A stretch of 64,000 nt of DNA, from assembly GCF_032444005.1 (NCBI RefSeq), contig NC_091283.1:271684001-271748000 (forward strand), read 5' to 3'. Made by a program: the position numbers and the translations under genes. This document shows, piece by piece, positions 37,601-48,900 of this stretch. Within the stretch, counting starts at the first letter, position 1; each line of letters starts with the position of its first letter. The DNA is from Ranitomeya imitator (taxonomy: Eukaryota). A model generated the notes under the pieces. That model did no database searches. It was given only the letters and a program-made list of their open reading frames with translations, and had not been told where the DNA came from.

Positions 37601-40272
37601 TTTTTCTTCTGCCCCTGTGTTGTGCCAGCCAGATGTTTTGCTCCCGTTTCAGGTTGAGGTTGATGCTTCTGAGATTGGAGCAGGGGCTGTTTTGTCGCAA
37701 AGAAGTTCTGATGGCTCGGTGATGAAACCCTGTGCCTTCTTTTCTAGAAAATTCTCGTCTGCTGAGCGCAATTATGATGTTGGCAATCGAGAGTTGTTGG
37801 CCATGAAGTGGGCATTCGAGGAGTGGCGACATTGGCTTGAAGGAGTTAAACATCGTGTGGTGGTCTTGAAGGACCACAAGAATTTGACTTATCTCGAGTC
37901 TGCCAAACGGTTGAATCCTAGACAGGCTCGATGGTCGCTCTTTTTCTCCTGTTTTGATTTTGTGGTTTCATACCTTCCGGGATCTAAGAATGTGAAGGCT
38001 GATGCCCTGTCAAGGAGTTTTGTGCCTGACTCTCCGGGTGTTCCGGAGCCGGCGGGTATTCTTACAGAAGGGGTAATTTTGTCTGCCATCTCCCCTGATT
38101 TGCGGCGCGTGCTGCAGAAGTTTCAGGCTGATAGACCTGACCGTTGTCCTACGGAGAAACTGTTTGTCCCTGATAGATGGACTAGTAGAGTTATCTCTGA
38201 GGTTCATTGTTCGGTGTTGGCTGGTCATCCTGGAATCTTTGGTACCAGAGATTTGGTGGCTAGATCCTTTTGGTGGCCTTCTTTGTCACGGGATGTGCGT
38301 TCTTTTGTGCAGTCCTGTGGGACTTGTGCTTGGGCTAAGCCCTGCTGTTCTCGTGCCAGTGGGTTGCTTTTGCCCTTGCCGGTCCTGAAGAGGCCCTGGA
38401 CGCATATTTCCATGGATTTTATTTCTGATCTCCCTGTTTCTCAAAGGATGTCGGTCATTTGGGTGGTTTGTGATCGCTTCTCTAAGATGGTTCATTTGGT
38501 ACCCTTGTCTAAATTGCCTTCCTCCTCTGATTTGGTGCCATTGTTTTTCCAGCATGTGGTTCGTTTGCATGGCATTCCAGTGAACATCGTCTCGGACAGA
38601 GGTTCCCAGTTTGTTTCGAGGTTTTGGCGGTCCTTTTGTGCTAAGATGGGCATTGATTTGTCTTTTTCTTCGGCTTTCCATCCTCAGACTAATGGCCAAA
38701 CCGAACGAACAAATCAGACTTTGGAAACATATCTGAGATGCTTTGTTTCTGCTGATCAGGATGATTGGATGTCCTTCTTGCCTTTGGCTGAGTTCACCCT
38801 TAATAATCGGGCCAGCTCGGCTACTTTAGTTTCTCCTTTTTTCTGTAATTCTGGTTTCCATCCTCGTTTCTCTTCAGGGCAGGTTGAGCCTTCGGACTGT
38901 CCTGGTGTGGATACGGTGGTGGACAGGTTGCAGCAGATTTGGACTCATGTGGTGGACAATTTGACATTGTCCCAGGAGAAGGCTCAACGTTTCGCTAACC
39001 GCCGGCGCTGTGTTGGTCCCCGACTTTGTGTTGGGGATTTGGTTTGGTTGTCATCTCGTCATGTTCCTATGAAGGTTTCCTCTCCTAAGTTTAAGCCTCA
39101 TTTCATTGGGCCATATAAGATTTCTGAAGTTCTTAATCCTGTGTCATTTCGTTTGGACCTTCCAGCTTCTTTTGCCATCCATAATGTGTTCCATAGGTCG
39201 TTGTTGCGGAGATACGTGGCACCCTCCGTTGATCTTCCTGCCCCGGTGTTGGTCAAGGGGGAGTTGGAGTATGTGGTGGAGAAGATTTTGGATTCTCGTG
39301 TTTCGAGACGGAAACTCCAGTACCTGGTCAAGTGGAAGGGTTATGGTCAGGAAGATAATTCCTGGGTTTTTGCCTCTGATGTTCATGCTGCCGATCTAGT
39401 TCGTGCCTTTCATTTGGCTCATCCTGATCGGCCTTGGGGCTCTGGTGAGGGTTCAGTGACCCCTCCTCAAGGGGGGGTACTGTTGTGAATTCTGTTGTCG
39501 AACTCCATCCTGTGGTCGTGAATGGTACTTCGGCGAGTTCTGTCCATGGACTCCCTCTGGTGGCTGTGAGTGAAGCTGCTGCTTCTGAGGTTCCTTACAC
39601 AGGTGACGTGGTTTATCCTTTCGTTGGCTGCTCTATTTAACTCCACTCAGATCGTTACTCCATGCCAGCTGTCAATGTTCCTGCATTGGTTCAGTTCGCT
39701 CTTGGATCTTTCTGGTGACCTGTCTTCTCCAGCAGAAGCTAAGTTCCTGATAGTTATTATTTGTTCATTGTTTCCTTGTCCAGCTGGTTATCATGATTTT
39801 GTCTTGCTAGCTGGAAGCTCTGGGATGCAGAGTGGCATCTCCGCACCGTTAGTCGGTGCAGAGGTCTTTTTGCACACTCTGCGTGGTCTTTTGTAGTTTT
39901 TTGTGCTGACCGCAGAGATACCTTTCCTATCCTCTGTCTGTTTAGTAAGTCTGGCCTCCCTTTGCTGAAACCTGTTTCATTTCTGCGTTTGTGACTTTCA
40001 TCTTTACTCACAGTCAATATATGTGGGGGGCTGCCTTTTCCTTTGGGAAATTCCTCTGAGGCAAGGTAGGCTTTATTTTCTTTCTCTAGGGCTAGCTAGC
40101 TCTTAGGCTGTGAAGAGGCATCTAGGGAGTGTCAGGAACGCTCCACGGCTATTTCTAGTTGTTGTGATAGGATTAGGGCCTTCGGTCAGCAGAGCTCCCA
40201 CATCCCAGAGCTTGTCCTATGTGAGTTTAACTATCAGGTCATGCCGGTGCTCCTAACCACCAGGTCATAACA
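34679..40272 (+). mobile_element. Ty3/Gypsy chromodomain LTR retrotransposon with two LTRs
   Basis: 5' LTR 34679-35466 and 3' LTR 39481-40272 (TGTTGTG...CATAACA), roughly 2% different by eye. PPT AAGGGGGGGTAC precedes the 3' LTR. TTCCCC flanks both ends. Confidence 0.97.
35544..39488 (+). CDS. Gag-pol polyprotein with in-frame deletion of the RT catalytic core
   Basis: Gag with CFYCGESTHAISDC, protease FVDSG, RT lacking YxDD, RNase H DAS...NRELLA...DHK, integrase H-H-C-C and DFI/SDRG/NGQTER, chromodomain EYVVEKIL...YLVKWKGY. The likely real start is ATG 35601. Confidence 0.93.
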   Translation: MFCLSFALNLWVVQDTGVDMDIQGLSSCVDHLTARVQNIQDFVVQNPMLEPRIPIPDLFSGDRSKFLNFKNNCKLFLALKPRSSGDPVQQVKIIISLLRVDPQDWAFSLAPGDPALRDVDAFFLALGLLYDEPNSVDQAEKILLALCQGQDEAEVYCQKFRKWSVLTQWNECALAAIFRKGLSEALKDVMVGFHTPAGLNESMCLAIQIDRRLRERKAVHHLAVFSEHRPESMQCDRTLTRAERQEHRRRNGLCFYCGESTHAISDCPKRTKRFARSATIGMVQSKFLLSVTLICSLSSYSVMAFVDSGTALNLMDLEFARRCGFFLEPLQYPIPLRGIDATPLAKNKPQYWTQLTMCMAPAHQEDIRFLVLHNLHDVVVLGLPWLQVHNPVLDGKSMSVSGWGCQGVHGDVPLLSISPSTPSEVPEFLSDYRDVFEEPKSGALPPHRDCDCAINLIPGSKFPKGRPFNLSVPEHAAMRSYIKESLEKGHIHPSSSPLGAGFFFVAKKDGSLRPCIDYRLLNKITVKFQYPLPLLSDLFVRIKGASWFTKIDLRGAYNLVRIKQGDEWKTAFNTPEGHFEYLVMPFGLSRGSKCLFGVQKVSFLGFIFSPSTIEMDPVKVQAIYDWTQPTSVKSLQKFLGFANFYRRFIANFSSIAKPLTDLTKKGADVVNWSSAAVEAFQELKRHFSSAPVLCQPDVLLPFQVEVDASEIGAGAVLSQRSSDGSVMKPCAFFSRKFSSAERNYDVGNRELLAMKWAFEEWRHWLEGVKHRVVVLKDHKNLTYLESAKRLNPRQARWSLFFSCFDFVVSYLPGSKNVKADALSRSFVPDSPGVPEPAGILTEGVILSAISPDLRRVLQKFQADRPDRCPTEKLFVPDRWTSRVISEVHCSVLAGHPGIFGTRDLVARSFWWPSLSRDVRSFVQSCGTCAWAKPCCSRASGLLLPLPVLKRPWTHISMDFISDLPVSQRMSVIWVVCDRFSKMVHLVPLSKLPSSSDLVPLFFQHVVRLHGIPVNIVSDRGSQFVSRFWRSFCAKMGIDLSFSSAFHPQTNGQTERTNQTLETYLRCFVSADQDDWMSFLPLAEFTLNNRASSATLVSPFFCNSGFHPRFSSGQVEPSDCPGVDTVVDRLQQIWTHVVDNLTLSQEKAQRFANRRRCVGPRLCVGDLVWLSSRHVPMKVSSPKFKPHFIGPYKISEVLNPVSFRLDLPASFAIHNVFHRSLLRRYVAPSVDLPAPVLVKGELEYVVEKILDSRVSRRKLQYLVKWKGYGQEDNSWVFASDVHAADLVRAFHLAHPDRPWGSGEGSVTPPQGGVLL

Positions 40273-42346
40273 TTCCCCTACCCAAGGAAAGGATAGTTGT
40301 GTATGAAAATACACAAACCCGACTAACAATGGACTACATACAGGGATAAAGGGAAATACCAATCACACTAATATGCACACACAAACAACAGAGTGAAGGA
40401 AGGTAAAAACCAAATAGGAGAGGATGAGGAAATGCACACAACCGAATAATCAAGCAATGTCTTTAGATAAACACTCTAAACACCTCCTCAAACAACAAAC
40501 TACTCCAGCTCCAGAGCTAGGCAGCAAGAAACTAAGACTGGCATCCCTGATAGCCATAATATGTATAGGAAAGGGGAGTGGTCAACATCTGAGACCATCA
40601 ACACTGGAAAGCTCTAGCAGCTCTCAACTGAACAGTTTAATCCTTGCACTGCTAGGACAAACTTTCACCATTTAATATGATGGTGAGGTGCTTCTAATCA
40701 GTGGAGGAGCGTGTGAAATCAGATGCTGTGGTTTTCTGGGACCTCTCTGTCACGGTAAACCAGTAACATATGACCTTTATGACCTTTACTGAAGATGTCC
40801 ACAGGGTTCCAATCTCGAGAGAGGTAGCCGCGTCAAGTGTACACCCTACACCCTCATAATTGAAGATTGTGGACTTGGTTAAGAATCGTGACTCTGTAAG
40901 AATTGTCCTGCCAGCAGTTTTGAAATATGTCTTCTCGATGTGTTGCAAAAATGTGACCAAGGACGGTCTTCATGGCCAGACATGGATTTTGACATATTTA
41001 GTGACTGAACCTCTTCTTTCACATCTTACAGATTAGCAAAGATGAAAACATACCTGTACTCTTGTCCTCTGGGCTTTTTACCCTTCACACACACACATGA
41101 AGAGAAAAGCAGTGTGAGAATTTTCTATCCTTCTCGATGGACCTAAATCAGATTTCTCAATTTATTTTTACCCTTGTATAAAATTTCTCCTCCTAGTTGC
41201 TGTCCAATTCAGAAGAACATATGAGAATGCTTATGGTTTGAGTGTTTTATACAATGTTCTAGATTTCATGCATCGTTGTTCATGCATTCCTTGATGGAAT
41301 CTCTTGAAAAAACAGAGTTTCCTTTTAGGGTGAAGGAGAAATGGACTTCTCCTTGAATGGATTATACATTGCAGATGAAGAGCAGTTTCAAACTTCTCCA
41401 AATCTTCAGAGGTATATATGTATGGTCAAATCGTATCGACCCCATGAGATTGAGCAATCCGAGTCAAGACCATTTGGAGGACAGTCAATCTTCTGGCTTT
41501 CATTGATTTCTTGTAGAAATTTTATTTCTTGTAGTATTTCTGATCCTTCTTCTGAAAGCCTTGAACCCAGAGCTTTCTTCTGAAAATCTTTTAAACCAAA
41601 GATGCCTAGTAAATGTATGAAGAATTAATAGCCATGACCTTGAGGTCCTTGATCGAACATTTTCACCAGGTTCCAATCTCAAGAAGCTTAACTATGCCCT
41701 TGGTTTCTCAATACACCCTCAAAATAGAAGACAAGTAATGGACTTGGTTAAACATCATGACCCGTAAGAGGTCTCCTACCAACAATTTTGAATGATGTCT
41801 CTTGATGTGTTGGAAAAATATGGCATAGGTCTCGTCAGCCAGACTTGTACTCTTACAAATTCTATGGTTAAATCTATAGTCTTGTCCTCTGAGCTTTTTG
41901 ACCCTTTTTCAGAAGAGAAGGATGGTGTGACCCTTCTCCATGGACCTTCAGCAGTTGTTTCAATGTTTTTAGCTACTGTGTATAGTATTGGTCATCTCAA
42001 TTGTTGCCTCCATCAATCCACATGGAAATACTTGTGATCTGTGCCTTTTAGAATGTTCTACATATTACACATCTTCAGAAAGTTTCCTCCTTGACTTTAA
42101 GGAAATTTCTGAACATTGATGTACAAAAACCTACATTCATACTAACATTTTGGTCAAGGCTACAAGCTTGGGGCCAACTCTCAACTGCCCTTGTAAACGA
42201 ATACAAGGAATACGAGGACTACCAGAATAACGCGGAGAGTTTGGCCAAAGAAATGTCTCACTTGACCTTTACAGATTTCAAGTTTTTAGATTGTTGTAAA
42301 TATTTCTGTGAATATTTAGTCTCGAAATAACATATCTGGAGACTAA

Positions 42347-42994
42347 GGCCGGCTTCACACTCAGCGTATGAAAATACGGTCCGTATATATAAATATTTTA
42401 TATTTATTATTAAAGGGTTAAATAAAAGACAAACACATTATTTAAAATTATTTTAATGAAATAAAAACAATAGTTGTTGGAGTATTTTATTCTACGCCCA
42501 ATCCAGTCACTGAAGACCCTCGTTCTGTGAACGAAAAAACATAATAAACCAACAATATACTTACCCTCCGCAGATCTGTAACGTCCAACGATGTAGATCC
42601 TTCTGAAGGGGTTAAAACATTTTGCAGCAAGGAGCTTTGCTAATGCAATGCTACTCCTCGCTGCAAAACCCCGGGGAATGAGTCTAAATATAGATCAATG
42701 AGCTATATTTAGCTTCATTTGCGGTGAGGCGCCCTCTGCTGGATGTTCATAGATCGTGGGAACTTACCTAGAAAGCCTGGGAGCTTTCTAGGTAAGTTCC
42801 CACGATCTATGAACCACATTTCTTGCACAGTACGGTGACAAACGCAGCATGCTGCGATTTTGTACGGCCGTAGAAAGCCGTATAATACTGATCAGTAAAA
42901 TACGGCAGATAGGAGCAGAGGCATAGAGAATAATTGTGCCGTATTTTTTGCATACGCTCTTACGTCCGTAAAACTCGCAAGTGTGAAGCCGGCC
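42347..42994. mobile_element. PIF/Harbinger-type MITE
   Basis: 14-bp TIR GGCCGGCTTCACAC, TAA TSD on both sides, internal hairpin at ~42745-42813. Confidence 0.9.
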
Positions 42995-43669
42995 TAATTC
43001 TTGAAAATATTTACCTCATCCCACCAGAAGAAAAGAAATTGGTGGTTCCGGAGTCATCTTATCATTGTGAGGCACCGTGGCTTGTGCTATAGAGGTCCTA
43101 GAAGACATTCCATCATTTCCAATTCATCCTGACTGTGTTGATCAATATTCTGGAATACAATTCATGAACCAGGCATCCCAGGATGAACAGGCATAACTGC
43201 TCATTCATAACCATTTGATAGGTAATAATTTCTTAATGGTCTTATGAATAGACTGGGAGGGAGAGGGGAGTCGCCATCTTGTCCTCTTTACTCCAGGCCT
43301 TGTCCTTTTAAAGAAATAACAAGCTCGTAAGTTGATAAGTTTCTATGATGATAGCGATGGCGGATGATGAAGCTGCGACCCGCGAGCCAACGCTTGTATA
43401 AACAGACAGACAGCTTCATTATACGGGGCGATAATTCCTCTAATCACAAACTTTGACTGCGGCATCAGGGTCTCCGGATCCATCAAATATGGGGATTTTG
43501 AGACATGTAAACAGCAGACTGTGGAAAGATGGAGGATTACGTCATCAGCCAGCCGCTCGGGTCACCTTACACCATGTCCAAGTTCTCACAGCTACTTTTC
43601 TAGGTTTATGTCTTTCAAGGAAAAGTGGGTGACAACCAAAGTGGGCGCCAGTCAGACTTTTGTAGCCCT

Positions 43670-44420
43670 CACTGTGCTCTTCTCTGTGCCCCTCTCTGTA
43701 CCCCTTTCTATGCCCCTCTCTGTGCCCTTCTCTGTGCTCCTCTCTGTGTCCCTTCTCTGTGCTCCTCTCTGTGCCCCTCTCTATGTCCCTCTCTATCCCC
43801 CTCTCTTTGCTCCTTTCTGTGACTCTCTCTGGGCCCCTTTCTGTACCCCTTTCTATGCCACTCTCTGTGCCCTTCTCTTTGCTCCTTTCTGTGACCCTCT
43901 CAGAGAGGGGCACAGAGAAGGCCACAAAGAGGGGCACAGAAATGTCTCTGTGCCCCTCTTTGTGCCCCTCTCTGTGACTTTCACTTTGCTCCTCTCTGTG
44001 CCCCTCTCTGTGCCCTTTTCTGTGCTCCTCTCTGTGCCTCTCTCTATGCCCCTCTCTGTACCCCTCTCTGTGCCCGTCTCTGTGCCCCTCTCTGTGCCCC
44101 TTTCTGTGCCCCTCTCTGTGCCCTTTTCTGTGCTCCTCTCTGTGCCCTTTTCTGTGCTCCTCTCTGTGCCCTTCTCTGTTTCCCTTTCTGTACCTCTCAC
44201 TGTGCCCCTCTCTGTGCCCCTCTTTGTGGCCTTCTCTGTGCCCCTCTCTGTGCCCTTCTCTGTGCTCCTCTCTCTCTGCCCCTCTCTGTGCCCCTCTCTG
44301 TGCCCTTCTCTGTGCCCTTCTCTTTGTTCCTATATATACTCCTCTCTGTGCCCTTCTCTGTGCCCCTCTCTGTGCCTATTTCTTTGCTCTTTTCCATGAC
44401 CATCTCTCTGTCCTCTCTCT
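43670..44420. repeat. 12-bp CT-rich minisatellite with a short inverted patch (~43900-43940)
   Basis: Unit TCTGTGCCC(C/T)TC repeated. Confidence 0.9.
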
Positions 44421-44694
44421 GCCCTTCTCTGGACAGCTTGTTAGTGAGGACATTTCTTTCTGACATGAGCTGCTTCCAGTCTCCCATTCTCCATGTAGGA
44501 GCAGGACAGGAGCTGTCAGCGACACGTCTCCACAGCATCATCCTGAACTGACACATTGACACGCAGCTGTGGAAATGACAGCAATGCTCATATCACTGGG
44601 CACTGCCACCCCCAGTACACCGCCCGTTACACTACACCCACCTCTACATACTGCAGTTAGGGGAAGATATGTCTATTGACGGGTCATTGTGTGT

Positions 44695-46610
44695 ATCTAA
44701 TCCTCTCCTGTGTGATACTGACTGCTGAGCCATTTATCTAATCCTCTCCTGTGTGATACTGACTCCTGAGCCATTTATCTAATACTATCATGTGTGATAC
44801 TGACTGCTGAGCCGTATCTAATCCTATCCTGTGTGATACTGACTGCTGAGCCGTGTATCTAATCCTATCCTGTGTGATACTGACTGCTGAGCCATGTATC
44901 TAATCCTATCCTGTGTGATACTGACTGCTGAGCCGTGTATCTAATCCTATCCTGTGTGATACTGACTGCTGAGCCGTGTATCTAATCCTATCCTGTGTGA
45001 TACTGTCTGCTGAGCCGTGTATCTAATCCTCTCCTGTGTGATACTGACTGCTGAGCCGTGTATCTAATCCTATCCTGTGTGATACTGACTGCTGAGCCGT
45101 GTATTTAATCCTATCCTGTGTGATACTGACTGCTGAGCCGTGTATCTAATCCTATCCTGTGTGATACTGTCTGCTGAGCCTTGCATCTAATTCTATTCTG
45201 TGTGATACTGACTGCTGAGCCGTGTATCTAATCCTCTCCTGTGTGATACTGTCTGTCCGTGTATCTAATCCCATCCTGTGTGATACTGTTTGGTTGTGTA
45301 TCTAATCCCATCCTGTGTGATACTGTCTGGCTGCGTATCTAATCCCATCCTGTGTGATACTGTCTGGCTGTGTATCTAATCCCATCCTGTGTGATACTGT
45401 CTGGCCGTGTATCTAATCCCATCCTCTGTGATACTATCTAGCCGCATATCTAATACTATCATGTGTGATACTGTCTGGCCGCGTATCTAATCCCATCCTG
45501 TGTGATACTATCTGTCCGCGTATCTAATCCCATCCTGTATGATACTGTCTGGCCTCGTATGTAATCCCATCCTGTGTGATACTATCTGTCCGCGTATCTA
45601 ATCCCATCCTGTGTGATACTGTCTGGCCGTGTATCTAATCCCATCCTGTGTGATACTGTCTGGCCGCGTATCTAATACTATCCTGTGTGATACTGTCTGG
45701 CCGTGTATCTAATCCCATCCTGTGTGATACTGTCTGGCCGCGTATCTAATCCCATCCTGTGTGATACTGTCTGGCCACGTATCTAATCCCATCCTGTGTG
45801 ATACTGTCTGATGGGTATCTAATCCCATCCTGTGTGATACTATCTGGCCGCGTATCTAATACTATCCTCTGTGATACTGTCTGGCCGCGTATCTAATCCC
45901 ATCCTGTGTGATACTTTCTGTCCGCGTATCTAATCCCATCCTGTGTGATACTGTCTGGCCGCATATCTAATCCCATCCTGTGTGATACTGTCTGATGGGT
46001 ATCTAATCCCATCCTGTGTGATACTGTCTGGCCGCGTATCTAATCCCATCCTGTGTGATACTGTCTGATGGGTATCTAATCCCATCCTGTGTGATACTTT
46101 CTGGTCACGTATCTAATACTATCTTGTGTGATACTATCTGGCCGCGTATCTAATCCAATCCTGTGTGATACTGTCTGGTCGTGTATCTAATTCCATCCTG
46201 TGTGATACTGTCTGGCCACGTATCTAATCCCATCCTGTGTGATACTGTCTGGCCGCGTATCTAATCCCATCCTGTGTGATACTGTCTGGTCGTGTATCTA
46301 ATTCCATCCTGTGTGATACTGTCTGGCCACGTATCTAATCCCATCCTGTGTGATACTGTCTGATGGGTATCTAATCCCATCCTGTGTGATACTGTCTGGC
46401 CGTGTATCTAATCCCATCCTGTGTGATACTGTCTGGCTGTGTATCTAATTCCATCCTGTGTGATACTGTCTGGCTGTGTATCTAATTCCATCCTGTGTGA
46501 TACTGTCTGGCTGTGTATCTAATTCCATCCTGTGTGATAATGTCTGGCCGCGTATCTAATCCCATCCTGTGTGATAATGTCTGTGTATCTAATCCCATCC
46601 TGTGTGATAC
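44695..46610. repeat. 41-bp then 37-bp minisatellite
   Basis: GTATCTAATCCTATCCTGTGTGATACTGACTGCTGAGCCGT (41 bp) switches near 45250 to GTATCTAATCCCATCCTGTGTGATACTGTCTGGCCGC (37 bp). Confidence 0.95.
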
Positions 46611-47282
46611 TCCTGGTGGTCCCAGCCCGTATATTGCATGCAGTGCCTCTCATGGCGCTGTCCGCCTTCTACCCCGGCAGTGCGGCCTGCAGCAGATGTC
46701 AGTGTGTCTCTGGCGTGCGCTCCGTGGTTGCTCGGTTTACGAGGTGTGGCGCGTGCCGTCCAGACTCCGGCTGTTTGTCCCCCGGTGCTCGTCTGCCGGA
46801 GTAAATACACTTTTATCTACATATAAACTATTGTGGTGCAGCTGAGCTACAGCCGCTTCCCGTAGGACGGCGCATTCCTCCCGCGCCCCGGGGACTGGCG
46901 AGAACTCATGATGGCTGCCCAGATCCTGACAGCTTAAAGGGGAAAACTAACAATATACCAAAGGATGCCGTGAAAAGTTTACTACGTTTCGCCACAAAGC
47001 AATGTTCTGGAGAAGTCAAGCATTGCTTCCAAAAGTCATTCCTGTTCTTCCAGCTCATTGTTTTTTATATGTCGAGGCGCTGAACAAGACATCACGTAAG
47101 TCAAGAGAATCTGAGTCATTGTATGACGGTGTTATTACACTGACGAGCAAGATGGTGACAATGTTCTGAACTTCTGACTTCCAGGCTCCATGTCTCACCA
47201 TGTTCTACTGCTCCGAACGGGAGACCACCATCATTTTATAGATCATCTTCATTCTCTCACTGGTTCGAATCGAGGAGCCGCC

Positions 47283-48300
47283 ATGAAGACGATTTCCCAA
47301 GAAAAGTGAAACGGCATCATCCAGCTCATCGATAGTGGTGTCTCGGCCAAGAGAATCAAGGAGCCACCATGAAGACGAGTTCCCAAAAATAGAGAAACGA
47401 CATCATCCAGCTCATCGATAGTGGTGTCTCGGCCAAGAGAATCAAGGAGCCACCATGAAGACGAGTTCCCAAAAATAGAGAAACGGCATCATCCAGCTCA
47501 TCATCTCGACCAAGAAAATTGCCAAACTGCATCATGTGAGCATCATGACTCTTGGAAGCATACAAAATGAAGTCCGTCTATTCAGAAGCCAAGAGGTGGA
47601 CGTTGAGGCAAAATATCGTTGTCACCAAGTCGACCCATGGCAAGGTCTATCAGTTCGGGAGTGGAGGAGGCTTGTATGCTTCATAGCAGTGAGATCACAA
47701 ACGTCCATGTAAGCACCCTCCGACGCACGTTACACAAGTCTGGAATGGTGGCCCAAAAAAAGGTGAAGAAGCCTTGACTTCTATATCGTCATAAGAAGTG
47801 TCGGCTTGAGTTTGCAAAAAAGTACAAAAAGTGGACAGTAGAAGACTGGAGATGGGTGATTTGGAGTGATGAAAGGAAAGTCAATGATGAGTGGAAATGG
47901 GTCTGAAAGAAACAAGGAAAAATTGGACTAACGGATTGAGAAATTAAAGGGACCGTCAAGTTCGGTGGAAGAAGCCTGATGATATGTGGTTGTGTTACAG
48001 TCAAAGGCATTAGATACTTGACCAGGATTGAGGGTGATCTCAATGCTGAGCTATATGTGAGTGTCCTACGAGACTAGTTACTTCCTACACTCGAGCACTA
48101 TGGGTATGAAAAGGATGACAGCGATCCAGCAGGACAAGGACCCGAAGCATACGGCGAGATTGGAGAAGATATGGGTCAATGACAATGAAGTAGAGGAGCT
48201 GGATTGTCCCCACAGTTCCCAGACCTCAACCCAATCCAACACTTGGGGGAGAGGTGAAGAACAAGCTGTCTATACAAAGGTGACCAGTGGGCACCAACAT
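47283..48300 (+). pseudogene. Tc1-like transposase remnant with triplicated N-terminus
   Basis: MKTISQEK..GIIQLIDSGVSAKR HTH start, then WSDE, GGRSLMIC, DKDPKHTAR and a decayed SPDLNP. Confidence 0.8.
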
Positions 48301-48329
48301 GGGGAACGTGTAGGCAATTTTATTTGGGA

Positions 48330-48900
48330 TTGCAATGTCAATATTGTGTGGGAAATACAATATATCAGTATTATTTGAGCATTGTAAGCAGCATTGTTGG
48401 ATAACGTATAGAAGTATTATTTGAGCACTGTATGAACGTATTTTTTATTCATTGTATGGAAGTAATTATTTAGCATCAAGGAAAATTGTTATTTAGGCAT
48501 TATATGGAACTATTTTTTTTAGATACTGTATGGAAGTATGATATAGGCATTTCATGATGGTATTATTTATTCATTGGCCAGCTATTTTATGGAGGCATTA
48601 AATAGTTAATTGAATTGTAGCATTGTTAAGGAAAAGTATGGCGGTATAAGTAAGGCATTGTGTCAGTATTATTTAGGCATTGTATGGATCTGTTAGTTAC
48701 AGTATACACTGTATGGAGATATTGTTTAGGCATTGTGTAGCATAATTATTATTTCACCTTATCACAGTATTTTTTATTCATGGCATGGGGGTATTTAATT
48801 AGGCTATGTATGGAGGATTTATTGAGAAATAGTATGGAGGTATTGGTTAGCAATTGTATGGCAATATTATTTATATTAACAAATTTAGCATAAATCAATA
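48330..48900. repeat. Degenerate AT-rich tandem repeat
   Basis: Recurrent TATTATTTAGGCATTGTATGG-like motif. Confidence 0.6.

Larger units (their letters stand above)
16460..40768 (-). pseudogene. Old degraded Ty3/Gypsy retrotransposon, fragmented by later insertions
   Basis: Minus-strand pieces lie in canonical order. LTR: 40768-40279 plus 34678-34512. Gag CCHC knuckle CLFCGGKDHFMDTC (~33700). Protease FLDSGA (~33530). RT N-terminus (~33060-32790). [10 protein letters not shown]...YLDD (31470-31300). RT C-terminus (30270-29970). RNase [10 protein letters not shown]...DHK (29870-29600). Integrase HLAVDFITDL (16744-16460). Confidence 0.85.

Noticed and set aside
41000-43660. Possible kinase or zinc-finger pseudogene (DIIQNCW, CKM*KKRF-like patches)
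   Set aside because: No HRD, DFG or complete C2H2 motif can be read. The matches are too short to support.
43521-44562. 292-aa hydrophobic SVPL-repeat ORF
   Set aside because: Translation of the 12-bp CT minisatellite.
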